Positions 19,195-29,200 of a stretch of 64,000 nt of DNA are shown here, one piece after another. How positions within the stretch are numbered: the first letter of the stretch is position 1; the number at the start of each line of letters is the position of its first letter. The notes below the pieces were generated by a model. The model did no database searches. It was given only the letters and a program-made list of their open reading frames with translations, and was not told the DNA's origin. The position numbers were made by a program, and so were the translations under genes. Source of the stretch: Spirochaetaceae bacterium (GTDB lineage: Bacteria > Spirochaetota > Spirochaetia > DSM-2461); the NCBI GenBank assembly GCA_965224705.1, contig OZ245056.1, positions 2,592,001-2,656,000 on the forward strand. Direction: 5' to 3'.

Positions 19195-21812
19195 ATGAAA
19201 ACAGTAGTCTCTATGTTTTCAGTGTTATTACTGACAGCCTGCGGCAATCTAGCCGATTTGGCCGTTACAGATATTTCAACTCTCACTCTTTCCTATTCCG
19301 ATTTTTCCGGCAGCCTCGATCCGGCAGAAGTCCAGAGAATACCGCCGAAAGGAACTCTTGTGAGGCTGGCTGCGGGACGTGATGTTGAATATGCTATTGC
19401 ACCGCAAACGGACGGTATTGCAGTCAACCCCTATGGTGTTGTTCTGGTTGATGCCGACGCACCTGTAAATCCCTCTGAGTACACTGTAACCGCAACAGGG
19501 GCAGGTGCTTATGCCAATACTCAAACAGCACCGTTACAATTGAAGTGGTTGTGCCTTCGGGTCCAACTCTGGATGGAAAAGTGACTTACGATCCGATAGG
19601 CACGGTCTTTGGTACACAGGCTGTTGGGAATGTTCCTTATGACAGCAGCCTGACAGGCAGTGACGGCTCAGTTCTGCCTCTGCTCAGGTACACCGCATCC
19701 GACGGTTCAAATGAACTGGCATCGGGAATCACAATTGCCGAAGATACGGGTATTGTCACGGTAGCAGGCACCGCTGATGCCAGGACAGAGACTCACTATA
19801 CAGTGATGGTCTCAGCGGATGGTTATCAGCCAGGAATGCTGAACGGTGCTGTATCGATCACGGTCGATCAGAAGGACTTCAGTAATGCTCCAATCTTTGA
19901 TGCAAATTCACTGAGTGCCGCTGTTGACTCTCAAACGGCAGCTTCGCATAGCATTCTTCATACTGGATCAGGATATACATTCAGAACCGACTATGATTTA
20001 TCAATAGCTCCTGTCCCGTCGAATCAAAACACAACAGGGGCCATTACCATCGCTGCTACCGGTGACATAGGCATAGGTTCGGGAGTTACAGTGGCTGATG
20101 CCGGTACCTACACTGTCACTGCAACAGGAAAGGGTAATTACTCCGGTGTTTCAACAGCGCGCTTTCAGCTTTTTATATAGCTGAGTACCGTACTCCAGTT
20201 GAGTGTTGCTGATAAGATATTCACAAAAAGTACAACAGGGCATTACACCGATCTTACAGGCGGTCTCACAGCGGGAACAGACTATCAGCTGAGAATTGAA
20301 CCGGCAGCAGATGCCAGTATCGACAATGCAGGACTCATATCATTCACCAGTCCAACAGGTGGTGCTTCTTATACTGTGATAGCAGAGGGAATTGGAAACT
20401 ACCGAGGCGAGATAAGGGATTCTTTCACGCTTCGAGAGTCACTTTCCAGCGCAGGATTCAAGTTATCAGTAAGAGATCATACTGTTTTTTCCGGTGCTGC
20501 TGACACGGTGGATGCAAGCATAACCAACAGCAATATTGGTCACACTCTTTCGCTGGTGGATTCAGGCGGGACTGGAAATCCTGCCGGAATGAGTATCGAT
20601 GCGAGTGGAAAGATTTCAATTCCCAGCAGTATTGATGCCAATGATTCCGGAGAATACACGGTGATCGCTGCCGGAACAGGAAATTATGGAGGCACTGTCA
20701 GAGCAACATTCAATCTGACGGTTTCGGATTCTAATTTCATCTACAGTGATATCTTTGTAACCGCTGCAGTCACTGCTAATGGAGGAACTTCCTGGCAGAC
20801 CTTCAATGCTCCCCCTGTGAATGTGACGCCTCGCTGGAGAACCTCTCCCGCCGGTACTGTCAACTTCCCGGTACCCAACCCTCCTGGTAAGCCTGGCTGG
20901 TTAACCATTGATCCTCAGTCAGGAGAGCTGACGGGTACACCTGATGCGATTGGATTTGGAAGCTTCATCATTGAAGCAAGCTTATCCGGTGCTGCTGAAA
21001 CCACCACAGTGAACTGGTTTGTCGGGGTACAGCCGACGAACAAGGATGAACTGAAAACAGCCGTGCAGGTTGAACTGGACAGGTATAAGAATATGGGGGT
21101 AACGGAATATCAGGATCTCAGAGCTATTGATACAAGCCTGATGACAGATATGAGTGACCTCTTCTATGTAAACAGCTCCAACCAACCTCAGTATGCATTG
21201 GATTTCAACGGGGATATTTCAAGCTGGGATGTCAGCAATGTGACCGACATGAGCAAAATGTTCTGTTCCGATGGTACTACCCCCATGGCGTTTACAGGAG
21301 TATTCGAGTCTTCTGGTTCCATTCATAGTATCTCAGAGTGGGATGTCAGCAGTGTCACCAACATGGAGGAAATGTTTTCCAATGCGGACAACTTCGGGGA
21401 ATTGAATAATAGTCAATATGATATACTGGCTGAATGGGATGTCAGCAATGTCACAAACATGGCCGGTATGTTTAAAGGAAACGCTACATTCAATCAGGAT
21501 ATTTCAGCCTGGGATGTCAGTAGTGTCACCGACATGACGGAAATGTTCAATTCAGCATCCGGTTTTAACCGGGACATCTCAGATTGGAATGTCGGCAGAG
21601 TTACAACCATGCGAGCAATGTTCATGTCTGCAGACGATTTTAACCAGGATATTTCAGAATGGGATGTCGGCAGTGTAACAACCATGAGATCAATGTTTAA
21701 TGGAGCAGCCAATTTCGACCAGGATTTGAATGCCTGGAGTGTCGGTTCCTCAGTGAATAAAGATTTCATGTTTAACGGCAGCGGTGTAGCGCAACTGCCA
21801 GGCTGGTATTAG
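19195..21812 (+). pseudogene. DUF285/BspA-like LRR surface lipoprotein, copy 1, disrupted
   Basis: Colinear with copy 2 but split into 3 ORFs. There is a 1-nt deletion at ~19530 (ACAGCACCG vs ACAGCAACCG) and an in-frame TAG at 20178-20180. Retains the LTAC lipobox, one stalk repeat and 7 SxWDVSxVTxM repeats. Confidence 0.85.
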
Positions 21813-21943
21813 TCTCCGTGAAGGAGCATCTGAGCGGTTTTGATGATGATGATGACATGAGTCTCGCAGGGCTTTCCCCCACCTCTTTATTGCAGACAGT
21901 TAATAAGACAATTCACCAGAGCCGAATTATTTTATTATAGAAG

Positions 21944-21972
21944 TTGACATTACTGCAATTATTGTATATCAT
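21944..21972 (+). promoter_or_regulatory. Promoter of lipoprotein copy 2
   Basis: TTGACA-N17-TATCAT. Spacer contains TGCAATtATTGTA. Confidence 0.7.
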
Positions 21973-21998
21973 GTTAATAAATGGGGAATACTCGAATC

Positions 21999-24900
21999 AT
22001 GAAAACGGTAGTCTCTATGTTTTCAGTGTTATTACTGACAGCCTGCGGCAATCTAGCCGATTTGGCCGTTACAGATATTTCAACTCTCACTCTTTCCTAT
22101 TCCGATTTCTCCGGCAGCCTCGATCCAGCAGAAGTCCAGAGAATACCGCCGAAAGGAACTCTTGTGAGGCTGGCTGCGGGACGTGATGTTGAATATGCTA
22201 TTGCACCGCAGACGGACGGTATTACAGTCAATCCCTATGGTGTTGTTCTGGTCGATTCAGACGCACCTGTAAATCCCACCGAGTACACTGTAACCGCAAC
22301 AGGGGCAGGTGCTTATGCCAATACTCAAACAGCAACCGTTACAATCGAAGTGGTTGTGCCTTCGGGTCCAGCTCTGGACGGAAAAGTGACTTACGATCCG
22401 ATAGGCACGGTCTTTGGTACACAGGCTGGTGGGAATGTTCCTTATGACAGCAGCCTGAAAGGCAGTGACGGCTCAGTTCTGCCTCTGCTCAGGTACACCG
22501 CATCCGACGGTTCAAATGAACTGGCACCGGGAATCACAATTGCCGAAGATACGGGTATCGTCACGGTAGCAGGCACCGCTGATGCCAGGACAGAGACTCA
22601 CTATACAGTGATGGTCTCAGCAGATGGTTATCAGCCAGTGATGCTGAACAGTGCTGTATCGATCACGGTCGATCAATTGGCACTCGCAAAGTTTGAATAT
22701 GTCAGCATAGTCACAGGAGTGGAAAATACTCTCATTACTTCCCTGCCTCCAACAATTGAACCTGCGGGGGCGATTGTGAAATACTCATTATCTTCCGGCA
22801 CGCAATTACCAGCCGGACTGGACATTGATGAGGATACCGGGGCGATCTATGGTCAAACAAGCAGTCCGGAACTATTAGACACCTACTCAGTAACCGCAGC
22901 CGCAGCAGATAAAAACTATACAGGCAGTCTGACCGCCGATGTTCAGGTGATAGTCTATAGCTCAACGACGCCAACTATAGTCGGCACTCTGACCTATTCC
23001 CCAATCAGCACAACCTATGGTCAGGTGCCGATTTCTGCAGGAATACAGTCCAGTACTCTGGCATCAAGCAGAGGGCCTACCAATCCCCTCTCCAATATTC
23101 AATACACAGCAATTAATGGTAAAGGTGAACTGGCTACAGGTGTAACAATTGATGCGAATTCAGGTGAAATTACAGTCGACAGTATTGCTGCCAATGCAAT
23201 GACAACGAGTGAGTATGATGTTCGTATTACTGCCGACAACCATCAGGCAGCAACAATTCCCAATGCCGTGTCTGTGACTGTTAATCAACAGGACCTTACA
23301 GCAATCAGTGTTTTTGTTCAGAATCCATCTTCCAGTGAAACTGTTACGGCTCTTACAAATGATACGACGCATTCCATTGCTTCACTCCTTTCAGTCTCCT
23401 ATACGGTCGGAACCGACTATACACTGTCCATAGCTCCTGTCCAGTCAACTCAAAACACAACAGGGGCCATTACCATCGCTCCTGATACCGGTGTAATAAG
23501 CATAGATTCGGGAGTTACAGTGGCTGATGCCGGTAGCTACACGATTACCGCAACAGGAATCAATAATTACATCAATCCTTCATCAACAACCGCCACATTC
23601 ACTCTGACGGTTACTCCGAAGGACTTTACAACAGCCAGTGTTTTTGTTCAGAATCCATCATCCAGTAAAACTGTTACGGCTCTCACTCAGAATACACATT
23701 CCATTGCTTCATTCCTTTCAGGCACCTATACGGCCGGAACCGACTATACACTGTCCATAGCTCCTGTCCAGTCAACTCAAAACACAACAGGGGCCATTAC
23801 CATTGATTCTGCTACCGGTGAAATAAGTATAGACCAGGGAGTCACAGTGGCTGATGCCGGTGATTACACGATTACCGCAACAGGAATCAACAATTACATC
23901 AATGCTTCATCGACAACAGCCACATTCACTCTGACTGTTGGTCCGAAGGGCTTCAATAATGCTCCAATCTTTGATACAAATTCACTGAGTGCCACTGTTG
24001 ACTCTCAAACGGCAGCTTCGCACAGCATTCTTCTTACTGGATCAGGATATACATTCGGAACCGACTATACACTGTCCATAGATCCTGCCCCGTCGAATCA
24101 AAACACAACAGGGGCCATTACCATCGATTCTGCTACCGGTAAAATAAGCATAGGTTCGGGAGTTACAGTGAATGATACCGGTACCTACACTGTCACTGCA
24201 ACAGGAGAGGGTAATTACTCCGGTGTTTCAACAGCAAGCTTTTCGCTGAAAGTTGTTATACCGCTGAGTACCGTTGCCGGATTCCAGTTGAGTGTTACTG
24301 ATCGAACATTCACAAGCAGTACGACAGGGCATTATGCCGATGTAACAGCAGGCGGCCTCACAGCGGGAACAGACTACCGGCTGAGAATTGAACCGGCAAC
24401 AGATGCCAGTATCGACAATGCAGGACTCATATCACTCACCAGACCAAGAGGCGGTGCTTTTTATACTGTGATAGCAGAGGGAATTGGAAACTACCGAGGT
24501 GAGATAAGGGATTCTTTCACGCTTCGAGAGTCACTTTCCAGTGCAGGATTCAAGTTATCGATGAAAGATTATACTGTTTTTTCCAGTCTTGCTTCCAGTG
24601 TGAAAGCAGACATAACCGACACAACCAATGGGGATTATGCACTTTCACTGGTGGATTCGGGCGGGAATGGAAATCCTGCCGGAATGAGTATCGATGCGAG
24701 TGGAAAGATTTCAATTCCCGGCAGTATTGATGCCAATGATTCCGGAGAATACACGGTGATCGCTGCCGGAACAGGAGATTACGGAGGTACTGTCAAAGCA
24801 GCATTCAATCTGACGGTTTCGGATTCTAATTTCATCTACGATGATATCTTTGTAACCGCTGCAGTCGCTGCTAATGGAGGAACTTCCTGGCAGACCTTCA

Positions 24901-26000
24901 ATGCTCCCCCTGTGAATGTGACGCCTCGCTGGAAAAACTCTTCTCCTACTCCCGCTGGTACTACCTTCTCGGTACCCAGTCCTTCTAACATGCCTTCCTG
25001 GTTAACCCTTGATCCTCTGTCAGGAGAGCTGACGGGTACACCTGATGCAATTGGATTTGGAAGTTTCGTCATTGAAGCAAGCTTATCCGGTGCTGCTGAA
25101 ACCACCACAGTGAACTGGTTTGTCGGGGTACAGCCGACGAACAAGGATGAACTGAAAACAGCCGTGCAGGTTGAACTGGAAAGGTATGACAACATGACCC
25201 CCCCTGTAACGGAGTATCAGGATCTCAGAGCTATTGATACAAGTCTGATGACAGATATGAGTGATCTCTTCTATGTAAACAGCTCCAACCAACCTCAGTA
25301 TGCATTGGATTTCAACGGGGATATTTCAAGCTGGGATGTCAGCAATGTTGAAGACATGAGCAGAATGTTCTATTCCGACGGTAGTCCCATGGCGTTTACA
25401 GGAGTATTCGAGTCTTCTGGCTCTATTCACAGTATCTCAGAGTGGGATGTCAGCCGTGTCACCAACATGAAGGAAATGTTTTACAGAGCGGACAACTTCG
25501 GGGAACTCAAAAATAGTCAATATGATATACTGGCTGAATGGGATGTCAGCAATGTTAAAAACATGGCTGGTATGTTTAAAGACAATGATACATTCAATCA
25601 GGATCTTTCAAAATGGAATGTCAGTAGTGTCACCGACATGGCGGGAATGTTTCATTTCGCAATCAATTTTGATCAGGACATTTCAAAATGGAATGTCAGT
25701 AATGTAAAAGACATGAAGGAAATGTTTAGTTCAGCAGACAATTTCAATCAGGACATTTCAAAATGGAATGTCAGTAGTGTAACAACCATGGAGGGAATGT
25801 TCCTGTCTGCAGACGCTTTTAACCAGGATATTTCAGAATGGGATGTCGGCAGAGTAACTGACATGGCGGGAATGTTTAATTCAGCAACCAGTTTCAACCA
25901 GGATTTGAATGCCTGGAATGTCGATTCCTCAGTGAGACAGACGGTCATGTTTCACAACAGCGGCGTAGCGCAAAATCCGCCTCACTGGTTTTCTCCGTGA
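21999..26000 (+). CDS. Surface lipoprotein copy 2: Ig/cadherin-like domains, 3 stalk repeats, C-terminal DUF285/BspA-like LRR
   Basis: Lipobox LTAC. He_PIG-like segments LPAGLDIDEDTGAIYG and WLTLDPLSGELTGTP. Eight repeats of the FNQDISxWxVSxVTxMxxMF type. Start is 21999 (alternative 21981). Confidence 0.88.
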   Translation: MKTVVSMFSVLLLTACGNLADLAVTDISTLTLSYSDFSGSLDPAEVQRIPPKGTLVRLAAGRDVEYAIAPQTDGITVNPYGVVLVDSDAPVNPTEYTVTATGAGAYANTQTATVTIEVVVPSGPALDGKVTYDPIGTVFGTQAGGNVPYDSSLKGSDGSVLPLLRYTASDGSNELAPGITIAEDTGIVTVAGTADARTETHYTVMVSADGYQPVMLNSAVSITVDQLALAKFEYVSIVTGVENTLITSLPPTIEPAGAIVKYSLSSGTQLPAGLDIDEDTGAIYGQTSSPELLDTYSVTAAAADKNYTGSLTADVQVIVYSSTTPTIVGTLTYSPISTTYGQVPISAGIQSSTLASSRGPTNPLSNIQYTAINGKGELATGVTIDANSGEITVDSIAANAMTTSEYDVRITADNHQAATIPNAVSVTVNQQDLTAISVFVQNPSSSETVTALTNDTTHSIASLLSVSYTVGTDYTLSIAPVQSTQNTTGAITIAPDTGVISIDSGVTVADAGSYTITATGINNYINPSSTTATFTLTVTPKDFTTASVFVQNPSSSKTVTALTQNTHSIASFLSGTYTAGTDYTLSIAPVQSTQNTTGAITIDSATGEISIDQGVTVADAGDYTITATGINNYINASSTTATFTLTVGPKGFNNAPIFDTNSLSATVDSQTAASHSILLTGSGYTFGTDYTLSIDPAPSNQNTTGAITIDSATGKISIGSGVTVNDTGTYTVTATGEGNYSGVSTASFSLKVVIPLSTVAGFQLSVTDRTFTSSTTGHYADVTAGGLTAGTDYRLRIEPATDASIDNAGLISLTRPRGGAFYTVIAEGIGNYRGEIRDSFTLRESLSSAGFKLSMKDYTVFSSLASSVKADITDTTNGDYALSLVDSGGNGNPAGMSIDASGKISIPGSIDANDSGEYTVIAAGTGDYGGTVKAAFNLTVSDSNFIYDDIFVTAAVAANGGTSWQTFNAPPVNVTPRWKNSSPTPAGTTFSVPSPSNMPSWLTLDPLSGELTGTPDAIGFGSFVIEASLSGAAETTTVNWFVGVQPTNKDELKTAVQVELERYDNMTPPVTEYQDLRAIDTSLMTDMSDLFYVNSSNQPQYALDFNGDISSWDVSNVEDMSRMFYSDGSPMAFTGVFESSGSIHSISEWDVSRVTNMKEMFYRADNFGELKNSQYDILAEWDVSNVKNMAGMFKDNDTFNQDLSKWNVSSVTDMAGMFHFAINFDQDISKWNVSNVKDMKEMFSSADNFNQDISKWNVSSVTTMEGMFLSADAFNQDISEWDVGRVTDMAGMFNSATSFNQDLNAWNVDSSVRQTVMFHNSGVAQNPPHWFSP

Positions 26001-26146
26001 AGGAACATCTGAGCGGGTTTGATGGTGATGAATAGCATGCCATTGATTTCGCTCTGTCATGCCCCTTGTGGGCATTTGAGTTCTTGCCGATTTTTTCTGG
26101 CAATGTCCTCGCTATGGGCCGTAAACGAGTTATTTTGTTGTAAAAG

Positions 26147-26175
26147 TTGACATTACTGCAATTATTGTATATTAT
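26147..26175 (+). promoter_or_regulatory. Promoter of lipoprotein copy 3
   Basis: TTGACA-N17-TATTAT. Spacer contains TGCAATtATTGTA. Confidence 0.7.
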
Positions 26176-26201
26176 GTTAATAAATGGGGAATACTCGAAT
26201 C

Positions 26202-29200
26202 ATGAAAACGGTAGTCTTTCTGTTCTTTGCTTCTATATTCTCAGTGTTATTACTGGCAGCCTGCGGCAATCCAGTTGAGTTGTCAGTCACAGATATTTCA
26301 ACCCTAACTCTTTCCTATTCCGATTTCTCCGGCAGCCTCGATCCAGCAGAAGTCCAGAAGATCTCGCCGAAAGGAACTCTTGTGAGGCTGGCTGCGGGAC
26401 GTGATGTTGAATATGCTATTGCACCGCAGACGGACGGTATTACAGTCGACCCTCATGGTGTTGTTCTGGTCGATGCAGATGCACCTGTAAATCCCGGTGG
26501 CACTGAGTACACTGTAACCGCAACAGGGGCAGGTGCTTATGTCAATACTCAAACAGCAACCGTCACAATCAAAGTGGTTGTACCTTCGGGTCCAACTCTG
26601 GACGGAACAGTGGCTTACGATTCAATAGGCACGGTCTTTGGTACACAGGCTGTTGGGAGTGCTCCTGATGCCAGCAGCCTGACAGGCAGTGACGGCTCAG
26701 TTCTGCTGCCTCCGCTCAGGTACACCGCATCCGACGGTTCAAAGGAACTGGCACCGGGAATCACAATTGCCGAAGCTACAGGTATTATTACGGTAGCAGG
26801 CACCATTGATGCCAGGACAGAGACTCATTATACAATTATGGTCTCAGCAGATGGTTATCAGCCAGTGATGCTGAACGGTGCCGTATCAATCACGGTCGAT
26901 CAATTGGCATTACAAGATCTGGACTATGCCATAGTCACAGGAGTGGAAAATACTCCCATTACTTCCACACCTCCAACAATTGAACCTGCGGGGGCGATTG
27001 TGAAATACTCATTATCTCCCGGCACACAACTACCAGCCGGACTGGACATTGATGAGGATACCGGGGCGATCTATGGTCAAACAAGCAGTCCGGTACCATC
27101 AGGCACCTACTCAGTAACCGCAGCCGCAGCAGATAAAAACCATACAGGCAGTTTGACCGCCGATGTTCAGGTGATAGTCTATAGCTCAACGACGCCCACT
27201 ATTACCGGAACTCTGACCTATTCCCCAATCAGCACAACCTATGGTCAGGGGCCGGTTTCTGCAGGAATACAGTCCAGTACTCTGGCATCAAGCAGAGGGT
27301 CTACCAATCCCCTCTCCAGTATTCAATACACAGCAACTGATGGTACAGCTCAATTGGCTCCAGGTGTAACAATTGATGCGAATTCAGGTGAAATCACAGT
27401 CAACAGTATTGCTGCCAATGCCATGACAACGAGTAAGTATGATGTTCGTATTACTGCCGACAACCATCAGGCAGCAACAATTTCCAATGCCGTGTCTGTG
27501 ACTGTTGATCGACAGGACTTTACAGGAGTCAGTGTTTTTACTCAGAATTCACTTCCCGATGTAGACGCTATAGCCCTCACTCAGAGTAATCAACTTATTG
27601 ATTCATACCTTTCAAGCTCCTATACGGCCGGAACCGACTATACACTGTCCATAGCTCCTGCCCCGTCGAATCAAAACACAACAGGGGCCATTACCATTGA
27701 TTCTGCTACCGGTGAAATAAGTATAGACCAGGGAGTCACAGTGGATGATGACGGTGATTACACGATTACCGCAACAGGAATCAACAACTACAAGAATGCT
27801 TCATTGACAACCGCCACATTCACTCTGACAGTTGATCCGAAGGACTTTACAGCAGCCAAAGTTTTGGATTCGAGTCAATCTTACGGTAAAACTGTTACGG
27901 CTCTCACGATGGCTAGGAAGCGCATTGTTTTACTTAATACAAACACCTATACGGCCGGAACCGATTATGAATTATCAATAGCGGCGGATGATCCGCAGAA
28001 GCAAAACACAACAGGAGCCATTACCATCGACTCTGCTACCCATGAAATACACATAGGTTCGGGAGTTACAGTGGATGATGCCGGCGGCTACACAATTACC
28101 GCAACAGGAATCAACAACTACAAGAATGCTTCATCGACAACCGCAAGATTTACTCTGGGTGTTACTCCGAAGGACTTCAAAGCAGCCAATGTTTTTCAGA
28201 CACTATCTTCCAGCAAAACTGTTGATGTTTTCACATCGGATACGCATTCCATTGCTTCATTCCTTTCAGGCACCTATACGGCCGGAACCGACTATACACT
28301 GTCCATAGCTCCTGCCCCGTCGAATCAAAACACAACAGGGGCCATTACCATCGATTCTGCTACCGGTGTAATAAGCATAGGTTCGGGAGTTACAGTGAAT
28401 GATGCCGGCGACTACACAATTACCGCAACAGGAATCAACAACTACAAGAATGCTTCATCGACAACCGCCACATTCACTCTGACAGTTAAGCCGAAGGACT
28501 TTACAGGAGTCAGTGTTTTTACTCAGAATTCACTTCCCGATGTAGACGCTATAGCCCTCACTCAGAGTACACAGTCCATTGCTTCACTCCTTTCAGGCAC
28601 CTATACGGCCGGAACCGATTATAAATTATCAATAGTGGCTGATGATCCGCAGAAGCAAAACACAACAGGAGCCATTACCATCGACTCTGCTGCCCATGAA
28701 ATACGCATAGGCCAGGGAGTTACAGTGGCTGATGCCGGTGATTACACAATTACCGCAACAGGAATCAACAACTACACCGGGACTTCATTGACAACCGCAA
28801 GATTTACTCTGACTGTTAATCGACAGGACTTTACAGGAGCCAGTGTTTTTACTCAGAATTCACTTCCCGATGTAGACGCTATAGCCCTCACTCAGAGTAC
28901 ACATTCCATTGCTTCACTCCTTTCAGGCACCTATACGGCCGGAACTGACTATAGACTGTCCATAGCTCCTGCCCAGCCAACACAGAATACAGCAGGGGCC
29001 ATTACAATCGATCCTGACAGTGGTAAAATAAGCATAGGCCAGGGAGTTACAGTGGCTGATGCCGGTGACTACACGATTACCGCAACAGGAATCAACAACT
29101 ACAAGAATGCTTCATCGACAACCGCCACATTCACTCTGACAGTTAAGCCGAAGGACTTTACAGGAGTCAGTGTTTTTACTCAGAATCCATCATCCAGTAA

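Noticed and set aside
20178..21821. TAG reassignment or readthrough suggested by two in-frame TAGs in copy 1
   Set aside because: Intact genes in the window (ilvC, the ankyrin gene, 12454..13098) terminate at TAG, and copy 1 also carries a frameshift.
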